From assembly GCA_963662525.1 (NCBI GenBank), contig OY759717.1:3157670-3221669 (forward strand): a DNA stretch of 64,000 nucleotides. Reading direction: 5' to 3'. A program made the position numbers and the translations under genes. The stretch comes from Bacteroidales bacterium (lineage in GTDB: Bacteria > Bacteroidota > Bacteroidia > Bacteroidales > FEN-979). Below are positions 39,410-49,869 of the stretch, one piece after another; position 1 is the stretch's first letter; every line of letters starts with the position of its first letter. The notes under the pieces were generated by a model. It ran no database searches and was not told the origin of the DNA. It saw nothing but the letters and a program-made list of their open reading frames with translations.

Positions 39410-41239
39410 ATGAAAACATATACTTTAATATGGTTTTTGGTGTTGGGAATAGGTTTTCAGTTAATTCCCCATCGTATCATTCAGGCACAGGGATATGATT
39501 CCCTCTATCTGAATAATATCAATGCCTGTGTGAATGCCTCAGGGATTTTGTTTTTTAACTTTGAACGGGGTGAAGCAGGATTTGAGGTTCCTAAATTCAG
39601 CGGGAAGCATACAATCTTTAACTCCACGTTATGGATAGGAGGAGTGGATCAGTCCTCCAACCTGCATTTAGCTGCTGCAAGGTATGGACAAGGTCCGGTA
39701 ATAGGTCCTGCTTTTACAAAATTTGATTTCTGGACGGGCCCGGTGATGGATTCATCAGCTTATTCCACGGTTCAGGATTCGGTTTGGAATTATATCTGGA
39801 ATATTAAGAAAACAGAGATTGAATATCATAAAACACATTGGAATGATGCTGGGTACCAACCCATTCATGATATTCTGACCTGGCCAGGGAACGGGAATGT
39901 AAGCCTGGGACAATCCGCTCAGCTGGCACCTTATTTTGACAGGTCAAATGATGGGATCTATCAACCAATGGATGGGGATTACCCATTGATCAAGGGAGAT
40001 CAGTCCCTGTTCTTTATTTTTAATGATGACCGGAATTTTCATGCAGAGACCGAAGGAGCCAGGATGAGAGTGGAAATTCACGGGATGTTATACGCATTTG
40101 ACATTCCGGGAGATTCAGCTTTCAGAAATACAATTTTTTTGAATTATAAAATTTTCAATCGCTCGGAAAATAATTATACGAATTCCTATATTGGTATTTT
40201 CACTGATCTGGATATCGGATACGCGAATGATGATTATATAGGATGCGACGTTGAAAGAAGTATGTTCTATGGATACAATGGCACAGCAGTGGATGGTTCA
40301 GGACAACCGGGAGCTTATGGAGAAAATCCTCCTGTACAATCCGTCTCATTCATTGGCGGTCCGTTAAAGGATGCTGATGGCATTGACAATCCCAGATATG
40401 ACGGGTATGGTAATCAATTATGTAATGAGAGTGTGAACGGGATTAATTTCGGAGATAGCATCATCGATAATGAACGCCTTGGTATGTCAAAATTCGTTTA
40501 TTGCAACAATTCAAATGCAGGAGTTCCGAACTATATGACTGATCCGTTGTATGCTCCGGATTATTATAAATTTTTGCAGGGAATTTGGAAAGATGATACA
40601 CAAATGATTTATGGAGGTAACGGACATTTATCTGCCGGCGGATATGGACCTGCCTGCAGCTTTATGTTCCCCGGAGAGTCGGATACCCTGAACTGGGGGA
40701 CTGGCTGCGTTCTACCGAACGGGGATATCAACTGGACAGAGATCACTGCCGGAAATAATCCTTCTGATCGTCGTGGTGTAGGTTCAACCGGACCCTTCAC
40801 TTTTCAGGCCGGCACAGCGCAGGAACTCGACCTGGCCTTTATCTTCGCACGTGATTACGGAAAGCAAAGCAATGCAGTTTCAATGGATAAGCTCAGAACT
40901 TTTTCAGATGAGGTGAGTCAGTCTTTTATTTCCAATATCCTCCCGAATGGGGGTTCATTCAGTGGTCTCAACAGAAAAACGGGACATCAGCAACTACCCT
41001 TGAAATTGTTCCCGAACCCGGCTTCAGATTTGGTCCATCTGCAGTTCGACCGCATCATGAATGAGCCTGTGAACCTCCGGATCTACAACGAAACCGGCTT
41101 ACTGTTGCGCACAGAAACGCACAACCCCGGGGGACAGTCCATCACTTTGAATATAGCCGGGTTACCTTCCGGCTTGTACCTGATCCTCCTGGAAACCAAA
41201 GCCCAATCAGTAACGAAAAAAGTGTCGGTGATCAGATAA
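39410..41239 (+). CDS. Secreted protein with T9SS (Por) C-terminal sorting domain
   Basis: Signal peptide plus C-terminal LKLFPNPASDLVHLQF...GLYLILLETKAQSVTKKVSVIR. The body matches no family I recognise. Confidence 0.75.
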   Translation: MKTYTLIWFLVLGIGFQLIPHRIIQAQGYDSLYLNNINACVNASGILFFNFERGEAGFEVPKFSGKHTIFNSTLWIGGVDQSSNLHLAAARYGQGPVIGPAFTKFDFWTGPVMDSSAYSTVQDSVWNYIWNIKKTEIEYHKTHWNDAGYQPIHDILTWPGNGNVSLGQSAQLAPYFDRSNDGIYQPMDGDYPLIKGDQSLFFIFNDDRNFHAETEGARMRVEIHGMLYAFDIPGDSAFRNTIFLNYKIFNRSENNYTNSYIGIFTDLDIGYANDDYIGCDVERSMFYGYNGTAVDGSGQPGAYGENPPVQSVSFIGGPLKDADGIDNPRYDGYGNQLCNESVNGINFGDSIIDNERLGMSKFVYCNNSNAGVPNYMTDPLYAPDYYKFLQGIWKDDTQMIYGGNGHLSAGGYGPACSFMFPGESDTLNWGTGCVLPNGDINWTEITAGNNPSDRRGVGSTGPFTFQAGTAQELDLAFIFARDYGKQSNAVSMDKLRTFSDEVSQSFISNILPNGGSFSGLNRKTGHQQLPLKLFPNPASDLVHLQFDRIMNEPVNLRIYNETGLLLRTETHNPGGQSITLNIAGLPSGLYLILLETKAQSVTKKVSVIR

Positions 41240-41266
41240 AGTCAGGTCGACTGAAATCAGGATTTC

Positions 41267-42478
41267 TTAATCCAGTTCATCCTCATCATGGGATGATCTT
41301 GGATACCTGGGTTTGTATTCACGGATGATATCGCAGTAACGATGATAAACATCATCCGCAATGGTCTCCCAATGACGGTATATTGATTTTCGCGCTCCCA
41401 AGCCGGCAAGTCTGATTATTTCAGGATATTTCATCAACTCCGAGATCAGATTTGCCAATGCTTCAGAAGAATTATCAACAAGAAAACCATTTACTTTATC
41501 GGTGATTCCTTCAGAAGCTGAACTCCTTTTCACCAGGATCGAGGGTACATCAAAGGCTGCAGCTTCCTGCATTACCAAAGGGGAATTGTCATAGATGGAA
41601 GGAAAAACAAATAAATCGGCTAATGCATATATATATCGGAGTTCATCACGGTTGCTGATCAGACCGAGAAATTTAACCTGATCCTTCAGTCCTGATTGCC
41701 GGACCATCTTTTTCATTTCCCTGGATGCATATCCCTCACCCACGAAAACCATTTTGAAGGATTCATTCTTGCTTTTCAGAAGTGGTAAGGCTTCCAGTAT
41801 CATTCTTACATTTTTCTCCCACCTGTGCTGCCCTACAAATAAAAGCACAAAGTCATTGGCATCAAACCCGGTTATTCCCAAACCCTTTTTTCTGAGTTTT
41901 ATTTTCTTTGGCATAGAAGGGATCTCCATATCCGTCCCGTTGGGGATGATCTCAAATTTCCCTTTATATCCATATTCCCGAAGAGTTTCACCGGTGGCCT
42001 TGTTCGGCACCCAAACAACATTGGCGGTCAGATAGAAATCAAGCGTCAGGTTCATCAGGAAATCGACGAATAGATCGTTATTCAGTACTTTTTTAAAATC
42101 CTCTTTATATTTTGAATGAAATGTCGCCACCAGCGGAACATCGAGGCTCCTGGCTAATTTTTGCGCAAGTTGCCCGCTGATAAAAGGACTGTGTGCATGG
42201 AGAATGTCGAACCTGGTTTTTTTAAGCTTCTTTTTAAATTTAATATCAATCAGGGGTAATCCCACCCGGTACGGATTCATTCCCGGGATCAGAACTGATT
42301 TGAAACGGTGAACCTTGTAATCTTCCTCATCTTCGGTATCACCTACTCTGGGAGCAACCAGGGCAGTTTTTCCATATTTCTCATTGAGCCAGTGTGCATA
42401 ATTATGTGCTGTCATCCCAACCCCATCCATAATGGGAAAGTAAGCATCTGTAAACTGACAAGTGGCAATTTTCATCAT
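41267..42478 (-). CDS. Glycosyltransferase family 4 (GT-B, group 1)
   Basis: N-terminal FPIMDGVG and the C-terminal E..G......EA..(G.P) region (FPSIYDNSPLVMQEAAAFDVP). Confidence 0.8.
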   Translation of the reverse strand: MMKIATCQFTDAYFPIMDGVGMTAHNYAHWLNEKYGKTALVAPRVGDTEDEEDYKVHRFKSVLIPGMNPYRVGLPLIDIKFKKKLKKTRFDILHAHSPFISGQLAQKLARSLDVPLVATFHSKYKEDFKKVLNNDLFVDFLMNLTLDFYLTANVVWVPNKATGETLREYGYKGKFEIIPNGTDMEIPSMPKKIKLRKKGLGITGFDANDFVLLFVGQHRWEKNVRMILEALPLLKSKNESFKMVFVGEGYASREMKKMVRQSGLKDQVKFLGLISNRDELRYIYALADLFVFPSIYDNSPLVMQEAAAFDVPSILVKRSSASEGITDKVNGFLVDNSSEALANLISELMKYPEIIRLAGLGARKSIYRHWETIADDVYHRYCDIIREYKPRYPRSSHDEDELD

Positions 42479-42563
42479 ACCGTATTTTTATGCAAATATC
42501 GGTATCAGTATTTGAAAATTCCCGGAAGCAATGATTTGTTAATGAAGATTTAATACGGGAGAA

Positions 42564-43922
42564 TCAGCCTATCCAAATGGTCTTCATATTGACGAACTCT
42601 CGGATGCCATAAAGTCCAAGCTCCCGGCCATAACCAGATTTATTGATACCGCCAAAGGGAAGTCGGGGATCGGATTTCGTCATTCCATTGACAAACATGG
42701 CCCCGGTATTGATCTTCCGGGCAATGGCCTCGCCACGATCCAGGTCGCGGGTCCAGACACAGCCTCCTAACCCGAATTCCGTATCATTGGCCACGGCAAT
42801 GGCTTCCTCTTCACTGGCTACCCGGATCACTGCTACAACTGGCCCGAAGGTTTCCTGGCTGTATACGGCCATCCTTTTGGAAACATGATCCAGGATGGTG
42901 GGTTCAAAATAACAACCGGGGCGATCAGGACGCCGGCCACCTAAAATCAGCATTGCACCGGAAGCAATAGATTCCTTGACCTGCCTTTCAATATCATCAA
43001 CCAGATCGGGACGTGCCAGCGGACTTACCTGGGTTAACGGATCCATAGGATCGCCGGTATTCAAGGCTTCCATCTTGCTTTTTAAACGATTGACAAATTC
43101 ATCAGCCACTTGCTCCACGACAATGAATCTTTTAGCCGCTATACAGCTTTGGCCCTGGTTGATCATCCTGGCAGTAACGGCAGTATTGACAGCAGCTTCA
43201 AGATTTGCGTCTTCCAGCACGATGAAAGGATCTGACCCACCAAGTTCAAGCAAACTCTTTTTAATATGCTTACCAGCCAGAGAAGCCACCTGACTGCCGG
43301 CATATTCACTGCCGGTTAATGATACGGCTTTAACCAAAGGATGGGTGATTACCGGTTCAACCTGCGATGACGGGATCATCAGGGTACGGAACAGATTGGA
43401 TGGAAATCCTGCTTCAATAAAAATATTTTCGATTGCCAGGGCACAGCCGGGGACATTGGAAGCATGTTTCAGTACTGCCGCATTGCCGGCCATCAGCGTG
43501 GGTGCGGCAAAGCGGAAAACTTGCCAGAAAGGAAAATTCCATGGCATTACAGCAAGGATTACTCCAATTGGCTGAAATGTAACAAAACTCTTACTTGCAT
43601 CTGAAGGTATGATCTCTTCAGCCAGCATGCCGGCAGCCTTTTCTGCGTAGAAGTCGCATACCAGGGCACTTTTTTCAATCTCTGCCTGAGATTCTCTGAG
43701 GATCTTCCCCATTTCCATCGTCATCAGCTTCGCCCATTCATCCTTCCGGCTACGCAGTATTTGTGCCGCTTTCTGGAATAAATTTCCACGATATTCAAAG
43801 GAAGTCTCCTTCCATGAAAGCCAGGTCTGATGAACAGATTCAATGATCTGCCTGATTTCGTCACCAGAGTGCTCCGTATATTCACGGATCACCTGATTAT
43901 TCAACGGATTAATGCTTCTCAT
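42564..43922 (-). CDS. NAD(P)-dependent aldehyde dehydrogenase (succinate-semialdehyde dehydrogenase-like)
   Basis: PWNFPFWQ, ELGGSDP and catalytic GQSCIAAKR motifs. Confidence 0.8.
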   Translation of the reverse strand: MRSINPLNNQVIREYTEHSGDEIRQIIESVHQTWLSWKETSFEYRGNLFQKAAQILRSRKDEWAKLMTMEMGKILRESQAEIEKSALVCDFYAEKAAGMLAEEIIPSDASKSFVTFQPIGVILAVMPWNFPFWQVFRFAAPTLMAGNAAVLKHASNVPGCALAIENIFIEAGFPSNLFRTLMIPSSQVEPVITHPLVKAVSLTGSEYAGSQVASLAGKHIKKSLLELGGSDPFIVLEDANLEAAVNTAVTARMINQGQSCIAAKRFIVVEQVADEFVNRLKSKMEALNTGDPMDPLTQVSPLARPDLVDDIERQVKESIASGAMLILGGRRPDRPGCYFEPTILDHVSKRMAVYSQETFGPVVAVIRVASEEEAIAVANDTEFGLGGCVWTRDLDRGEAIARKINTGAMFVNGMTKSDPRLPFGGINKSGYGRELGLYGIREFVNMKTIWIG

Positions 43923-43953
43923 AAAACATAGGATTAAGTCTATATTCTCATTT

Positions 43954-43988
43954 TTAACTCCTAATTCCTAACTCTTAATTCCTAATTT
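43954..43988. repeat. 7-nt tandem repeat YTAAYTC x5
   Basis: ttaactc ctaattc ctaactc ttaattc ctaattt. It spans the uvrA stop and encodes the uvrA C-terminal residues LGIKS. Confidence 0.85.
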
Positions 43989-46793
43989 TTCTTTCAGGAA
44001 ATATCCCGTATATGATCCCTTATCTTTTGCCAGTTCTTCCGGAGTACCTTCATAAACAAGGTTTCCTCCTGTATCTCCGCCTTCCTTTCCCAGGTCGATG
44101 ACCCAGTCGGCACATTTGATGACTTCCGGATTATGCTCAATCACCAGGATTGTATGCCCATGAACAATCAGAGAATCAAAAGCTATCAGGAGTTTGTGTA
44201 TGTCGTGAAAATGAAGTCCGGTAGTTGGTTCGTCAAAAATAAACAGGGTCGGTTTTTCACTGTTTCCCTTGGAAAGGAAGAAAGCCAGCTTGATACGCTG
44301 CGCTTCACCGCCTGAAAGGGTGGAGGATGACTGTCCCAGCCTGAGATATCCTAATCCCACATCCTGCAATGGTTTTAATTTCGCCAGTATGCGTTTTTCA
44401 GGTGCACTGGGTTTGAATTCAGGATTGAAAAATTCCATGGCTTCATCCACGGTCATATTCAGGATATCCACGATGTTTTTCTCCCGGTATTTTACATCCA
44501 GCACTTCTTCCTTAAAGCGGTGTCCTTTGCAGCTTTCACAGGGAAGAAAGAGATCAGCCATGAATTGCATTTCAATTTTTACTACTCCTTCGCCTTCACA
44601 ATCTTCACAACGCCCGCCTTCAATATTGAAGGAAAAATACCCGGGCTTGTAACCCCTTACTTTGGCTAATTGTTGCTCGGAATAGAGATTTCTTATTTCA
44701 TCGAAAGCCTTGATATAAGTAGCAGGATTCGACCTGGAAGAACGTCCGATCGGGTTCTGGTCAACCATTTCCACGGCTCCGATACGGTTGATATCGCCAT
44801 CAAGCCGATCGAATTTACCTGTCTTTTCCCCATATCCACCGTACATCTTCTTCAGGGCAGGGTAGAGGATGCGTTTCACCAGGGAAGTCTTTCCCGATCC
44901 GCTTACACCGGTGATCACCGTAAAAACATGCAAAGGAATTTTTACTGTAATATTTTTCAGGTTGTTTTCCCTGGCCCCTTTGATTTCAATGAATTCCTTC
45001 CATTGGCGCCTGCTGGCGGGCAACTCAATTTTCAGGTGATGGTTCAGGTACTGACCGGTCAGGCTAACCTTATCCTGCATCAGGGCTTCAAAATTCCCCT
45101 GGAACATGATTTCACCTCCGTGGCTGCCTGCCAGCGGACCGATATCAATCACCTGGTCGGCTGCCTTGATGATCTCCTCTTCATGCTCTACCACGATAAC
45201 GGTGTTCCCTACATCACGAAGTCGCAGCAGAACCTTGATGAGCCGCTGGGTATCGCGGGGATGAAGTCCGATGCTGGGTTCATCCAGGATATACATGGAT
45301 CCGACCAGGCTGCTGCCAAGGGCGGTGGAAAGGTTGATGCGCTGTGATTCCCCTCCTGAAAGCGAGGATGATAAGCGGTTCAGGTTCAGATACCCGAGTC
45401 CAACATCATTCAACACTTCCAGGCGGTTATTGATCTCGATCAGCAGTCTGCGGCTTAAAATCTTTTCGTACTCATTCAGTTCAAGCCGGCTGAAAAATGA
45501 GGTCAGTTCAGTTACCGGCATCAGGACCAGTTCGCTGATGGACCTGCCATTGATCCTTACATAATTCGCATCCTTGCGTAAACGGGTTCCCTTGCATTCC
45601 GGGCAAACGGTCTTTCCCCTGTACCGAGACATCATTACCCGGTACTGGATCTTGTAATTCTGGGTTTCAATATATTCGAAAAACTTGTTCAGGCCTTTGA
45701 AATATTTGTTTCCTGTCCAAAGCAAGTCTTTCTGTAACTGGGTGAGTTCAAAGAATGGTTTGTGTATAGGGAAATCAAATTTATAGGCATTGAGCAGCAG
45801 TTCCTGCTTCCATTCTCCCATCTTTTCACCTTTCCAGCAGGCAACGGCTTCATCATAAACGGAAAGGCTTTTATTGGGGATCACCAGGTCTTCGTCGATG
45901 CCAATCACACTACCGAATCCTTCACAGGCTTTACAAGCTCCGTAAGGGTTGTTGAAGCTGAACAGGTTTTCTGATGGTTCTTCAAAAATGATACCGTCTG
46001 CTTCAAATTTATTGGAAAATGTCCTTCTGATTTTTGCTCCTGAAACCATCTCCACCATGCAACTGCCATGACTTTCAAAGAATGCTGTTTGAACAGAATC
46101 GGCAATCCTTCCGGGGAGATCTTCATCGGCATGCTGAACCGCAAAACGGTCAACAAGGATAAAAAACTGACTGAATGCCGGAAGCTTTTCATGTTCCAGA
46201 TCCTCAAGCTGAAGCAATTGCTCGTCCATCATCACCCGCGAAAACCCCTGCTGCAGCAATACCTGGCATTTCTGCTCCAGGTTACCGTTCATCAGTTTCA
46301 GATCAAGGGGAGCAAAAATGCTGACCCGGGAATCTTCAGCCAGTTCCATAATGGCATCCACGACATCGGTTACGCTGTCGCGCCTGACCTGGTCGCCGGA
46401 AACCGGTGAAATGGTTTTCCCGATACGGGCAAAAAGCAGCTTCAGGTACTCATATATTTCTGTGGATGTTCCCACCGTGGATCTTGGGTTCAGGGTGTTG
46501 ACCCGCTGTTCTATGGCAATGGCAGGGGCAATCCCTGAGATGCTGTCAACTTCCGGTTTGCTCATCCTTCCCAGGAATTGCCGGGCATAAGCGCTCAGGC
46601 TTTCCACATAGCGCCGTTGTCCTTCGGCATACAAGGTATCGAAAGCCAGGGATGATTTTCCTGAACCTGACAAACCGGTAATGACCACGAATTTGTTGCG
46701 TGGTATAGACAGGTTTATATTTTTAAGATTATTGACCCGGGCGCCTTTGATGATGATGAAATCCCTCGGATCCGGCGTATTTACATTCGTCAT
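43968..46793 (-). CDS. uvrA: Excinuclease ABC subunit A
   Basis: Two ABC ATPase modules ([23 protein letters not shown]) and zinc-finger cysteines. Confidence 0.95.
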   Translation of the reverse strand: MTNVNTPDPRDFIIIKGARVNNLKNINLSIPRNKFVVITGLSGSGKSSLAFDTLYAEGQRRYVESLSAYARQFLGRMSKPEVDSISGIAPAIAIEQRVNTLNPRSTVGTSTEIYEYLKLLFARIGKTISPVSGDQVRRDSVTDVVDAIMELAEDSRVSIFAPLDLKLMNGNLEQKCQVLLQQGFSRVMMDEQLLQLEDLEHEKLPAFSQFFILVDRFAVQHADEDLPGRIADSVQTAFFESHGSCMVEMVSGAKIRRTFSNKFEADGIIFEEPSENLFSFNNPYGACKACEGFGSVIGIDEDLVIPNKSLSVYDEAVACWKGEKMGEWKQELLLNAYKFDFPIHKPFFELTQLQKDLLWTGNKYFKGLNKFFEYIETQNYKIQYRVMMSRYRGKTVCPECKGTRLRKDANYVRINGRSISELVLMPVTELTSFFSRLELNEYEKILSRRLLIEINNRLEVLNDVGLGYLNLNRLSSSLSGGESQRINLSTALGSSLVGSMYILDEPSIGLHPRDTQRLIKVLLRLRDVGNTVIVVEHEEEIIKAADQVIDIGPLAGSHGGEIMFQGNFEALMQDKVSLTGQYLNHHLKIELPASRRQWKEFIEIKGARENNLKNITVKIPLHVFTVITGVSGSGKTSLVKRILYPALKKMYGGYGEKTGKFDRLDGDINRIGAVEMVDQNPIGRSSRSNPATYIKAFDEIRNLYSEQQLAKVRGYKPGYFSFNIEGGRCEDCEGEGVVKIEMQFMADLFLPCESCKGHRFKEEVLDVKYREKNIVDILNMTVDEAMEFFNPEFKPSAPEKRILAKLKPLQDVGLGYLRLGQSSSTLSGGEAQRIKLAFFLSKGNSEKPTLFIFDEPTTGLHFHDIHKLLIAFDSLIVHGHTILVIEHNPEVIKCADWVIDLGKEGGDTGGNLVYEGTPEELAKDKGSYTGYFLKEKLGIKS

Positions 46794-46859
46794 ATGCTTT
46801 GTGAGACCTGCAAAAACAGCAAAATTATAAAGAAAACTTGCTTTTTTGTTTTTTTTATT

Positions 46860-46867
46860 TACATTTG
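46860..46867 (+). promoter_or_regulatory. Bacteroidota -7 promoter box TACATTTG
   Basis: Exact TAnnTTTG match about 130 nt upstream of the sigma-factor ATG, implying a long leader. Confidence 0.4.
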
Positions 46868-46996
46868 TGCAACCAAAGTGGGGTAAAAACGTACTAATCT
46901 ATTAACAGCGCAACATTTTTTATTCCTTGCGCATAACACATAGGAGGGACACTATAGGCTGATATCTACTCTTTTTGACTAAAAAAAGGAGACCCA

Positions 46997-47581
46997 ATGC
47001 AAGCCCAAGTCATGACAGACCAGGAGCTGATTGGCAGGTATCTAGCCGGTCATCAATCCGCCCTCGAGAAACTCATTCATCGTCACAAGAACCGTGTTTT
47101 CGCCTATATCCTTATGGTTGTTAAGGATAAAGATCTCGCAGAAGACCTGTTCCAGGACACTTTCATCAAGGTGATCAATACTTTCCGATCCGGCCAGTAT
47201 AAGGAAGAAGGGAAATTCATACAATGGGTCATGCGGATTGCCCATAACCTGATCATCGATTATTTCCGCAAGGCAAAAAGAATTCCCATCATCGACAATC
47301 ACGACGATTACGATATCTTCGATAAAGTCAGGATCCCGGTGGAATCGGTCGAGGAAATGCTGATCACGGAACAGATCCACAAGGATGTGAAAAAGCTCAT
47401 CGAATATCTTCCCGAAGAACAGAAGGAAGTTTTGGTGATGCGTCATTATGGTGACATGAGTTTTAAAGACATCGCCGAAGTGACCAATGTGAGCATCAAT
47501 ACTGCCTTGGGCCGAATGCGCTATGCCCTCATCAATCTTCGCAAACTGGTCAAGGAGAATAATGTGATCCTGTCGGTGTAG
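46997..47581 (+). CDS. RNA polymerase sigma-70 family (ECF-type) sigma factor
   Basis: Region 2 (DLFQDTFIKV, FIQWVMRIAHNLIIDYFR) and region 4 (MSFKDIAEVTNVSINTALGRMRYA). Confidence 0.85.
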   Translation: MQAQVMTDQELIGRYLAGHQSALEKLIHRHKNRVFAYILMVVKDKDLAEDLFQDTFIKVINTFRSGQYKEEGKFIQWVMRIAHNLIIDYFRKAKRIPIIDNHDDYDIFDKVRIPVESVEEMLITEQIHKDVKKLIEYLPEEQKEVLVMRHYGDMSFKDIAEVTNVSINTALGRMRYALINLRKLVKENNVILSV

Positions 47582-47680
47582 GTAGCAAATCAGCTAAACA
47601 GCGAAATTATTTTTCAACTGTTAAAATATTGGGAAATATATCCCGTTTCATAAGTATGAATAATATTTCAAACCAATATT

Positions 47681-47872
47681 ATGCCTATGAAGCGAGCTGC
47701 TACTATTTATTCTTTGATTTCAAAGGAAAATGTAAATTCTTCTGATAACAGGAGGAAAAGAAATGAAACCGGTCCCAGTGCATCGGTAATAAGGAACATC
47801 CTGAATTATTCAAAAGCACTCTCTGTGCTGCACACAAAAGATGCCGGAATTATTCACCTGGTGATGAACTAA
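47681..47872 (+). CDS. Small hypothetical protein downstream of the sigma factor
   Basis: 63-aa ATG ORF between the sigma factor and a strong terminator. I recognise no family, so coding status is uncertain. Confidence 0.35.
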   Translation: MPMKRAATIYSLISKENVNSSDNRRKRNETGPSASVIRNILNYSKALSVLHTKDAGIIHLVMN

Positions 47873-47903
47873 AAAAAGGCGGCCGAGAGGCTGCCTTTTT
47901 ATT
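47873..47903. terminator. Bidirectional intrinsic terminator hairpin
   Basis: aaaaaa-AAGGCGGCC-gaga-GGCTGCCTT-ttttatttt: a 9-bp stem (one G-U pair) flanked by A- and T-runs, between convergent genes. Confidence 0.65.
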
Positions 47904-48260
47904 TTACTTTCTTTCTTCCTTGATGCGGGCTTTCTTACCCTGTAATCCACGGAGGTAGAAAATACGGGCCCTTCTTACAACGCCATGTTTGTTGACTTCG
48001 ATCTTTTCAATAAAGGGAGAAGTAATGGGGAATATTCTTTCTACACCGATATTGCCGGAAATTTTCCTGACGGTGAAAGTTTCATTCATTCCTTTTCCGG
48101 AACGCTGTAAAACAACACCCTGGAAAGTCTGAATACGCTCTTTGTTCCCTTCCTTGATTTTATAATGGATGGTCACGGTATCTCCTGCTTTGAACTGAGG
48201 AAATTCATTCTTAACGATCAGGGTTTCCTCAACAAAGTTGATAATCTCTCCTTTATTCAT
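47904..48260 (-). CDS. rplS: 50S ribosomal protein L19
   Basis: FKAGDTV..H.KI.EG.KERIQ.F.G and RRA(R/K)IFYLR signatures. ATG 48260 is preferred over the TTG at 48269. Confidence 0.93.
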   Translation of the reverse strand: MNKGEIINFVEETLIVKNEFPQFKAGDTVTIHYKIKEGNKERIQTFQGVVLQRSGKGMNETFTVRKISGNIGVERIFPITSPFIEKIEVNKHGVVRRARIFYLRGLQGKKARIKEERK

Positions 48261-48299
48261 GGCTTTCAATAATTAAACGGGTTTGCACTAAAAAGGCTG

Positions 48300-48307
48300 C
48301 AAATTTA
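48300..48307 (-). promoter_or_regulatory. Bacteroidota -7 promoter box TAAATTTG (minus strand)
   Basis: The plus strand reads caaattta, about 40 nt upstream of the rplS ATG. Confidence 0.45.
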
Positions 48308-48366
48308 CAAATTATTTAAACAAAATAAAACTTTCCGGGAAAATTTATCTAATCGGCCCGGCAGGC

Positions 48367-49041
48367 TTATTTCAGAAGATCAGGCCGGCGTTCACGGGTG
48401 CGCTCGAGGGATTGCTCCAGTCTCCATTTCGCAATTTCCTTGTCATTCCCCGACAGGAGGACATCCGGAACCTTATAACCCCTGAAATCAGCCGGACGGG
48501 TGTAAGCTGGTGGCGATAATAAACCATCCTGGTATGAATCCGACAGCGCTGAGGTTTCATCGTTCAGCACACCGGGGATCAGACGCACGATCGTATCAGT
48601 AAGCACAACAGCAGCCATTTCGCCACCTGAAAGAACATAATTGCCAATGGAAATTTCCCTGGTGATAAAATGTTTCCGGATCCGTTCATCAATGCCTTTG
48701 TAATGCCCGCAGAGAAAGATCATATTCTGATTTAACGAAAGCTGGTTGGCCAAATGCTGATCCAGTAATTCCCCGTCAGGGCTCAGATAAATGATCTCAT
48801 TATAAACGGATTTTGATTGCAGGTCTTCGATACAATTGACCACCGGTTCAGGCATCATCACCATCCCGGCTCCTCCGCCATAGGGATAATCGTCCACATT
48901 TTTATGCTTTCCCTTCGACCAGTTACGGATATTCAACAGATTGATCTGAACCAGTCCCTTTTCGGCAGCCCTTTTTATAATGGAATGACGGAAAGGCCCA
49001 TCAAACATCTCCGGAAACAAGGTTAAAATATCAATCTGCAT
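48367..49041 (-). CDS. trmD: tRNA (guanine37-N1)-methyltransferase
   Basis: MQIDILTLFPEMF, YPYGGGAGMVM, GHYKGIDER, LSGGE. Confidence 0.95.
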   Translation of the reverse strand: MQIDILTLFPEMFDGPFRHSIIKRAAEKGLVQINLLNIRNWSKGKHKNVDDYPYGGGAGMVMMPEPVVNCIEDLQSKSVYNEIIYLSPDGELLDQHLANQLSLNQNMIFLCGHYKGIDERIRKHFITREISIGNYVLSGGEMAAVVLTDTIVRLIPGVLNDETSALSDSYQDGLLSPPAYTRPADFRGYKVPDVLLSGNDKEIAKWRLEQSLERTRERRPDLLK

Positions 49042-49061
49042 CTTTTAACGTTTAATTGATT

Positions 49062-49085
49062 AATGCAAGAATGCAGGAATGCATC
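49062..49085. repeat. 8-nt tandem repeat AATGCARG x3 (reverse orientation of the GCATTCYT family)
   Basis: aatgcaag aatgcagg aatgcatc, between the MBL-hydrolase stop and the trmD start. Confidence 0.85.
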
Positions 49086-49869
49086 AAATTAAAATTTCAA
49101 GTCCGTCATAGGCCAGCTGGATGAAATCCGGCAGTTTTAGGTTAACTTCTTCATGTAAACCGACAAAATGGCTCAGATGTGTCAGGTAAGCTGCTTCTGG
49201 TCTTAGTTCTGACAGAATCTGCACAGCCTCGCTCACGGAGAAATGGGATACATGCTTGGAATTTCTCAGGGCATTCAGAACAATCACCCTGGAACCCCTG
49301 ATCTTTTCCATTTCTTCCGGAGGGATATAACTGGCATCGGTAATATAGGTAAAGTCGCCTATCCTGAAGCCCATGACGGGCAGCTTTTCATGCATCACTA
49401 GGATGGGTATGAATTCAACTCCCTGTATACTGAAAGGAGCTTCCGTAATGGGATGGATGGTTAGCTGTGGTGCACCAAAATAGCGGCTTTCCGAGAAAAT
49501 GTAGGGAAATTCAATGCGTATGGCTTCCATTACCCTTTCTGTGCCGTAAATATCAATTTTTTTGTTCAGAACATAATTAAAGGCACGCACATCATCAAGT
49601 CCGGCAATATGATCGCGGTGCTCATGGGTGAATATGACCGCATCGAGGTTGGCCACATTTTCCCGCAGCATCTGTATCCTGAAATCCGGACCGCAGTCAA
49701 TGACGAATGTCTTTCCATTCACCTCGATCATAATGGAGGTGCGTAATCTTTTGTCGTGTTGGTCTGTGGAAGTACATACCGGGCAATCACAGGTGATCAC
49801 CGGTACGCCGATGGAGGTGCCTGTGCCGAGAAAAGTAATGCGAAGCTGGTTATGGATAAATTCTTTCAT
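49084..49869 (-). CDS. MBL-fold metallo-hydrolase (PhnP/GPMB-like)
   Basis: FLGTGTS, CxCxxC Zn ribbon (CDCPVC), HEHRDH motif. Confidence 0.75.
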   Translation of the reverse strand: MKEFIHNQLRITFLGTGTSIGVPVITCDCPVCTSTDQHDKRLRTSIMIEVNGKTFVIDCGPDFRIQMLRENVANLDAVIFTHEHRDHIAGLDDVRAFNYVLNKKIDIYGTERVMEAIRIEFPYIFSESRYFGAPQLTIHPITEAPFSIQGVEFIPILVMHEKLPVMGFRIGDFTYITDASYIPPEEMEKIRGSRVIVLNALRNSKHVSHFSVSEAVQILSELRPEAAYLTHLSHFVGLHEEVNLKLPDFIQLAYDGLEILI

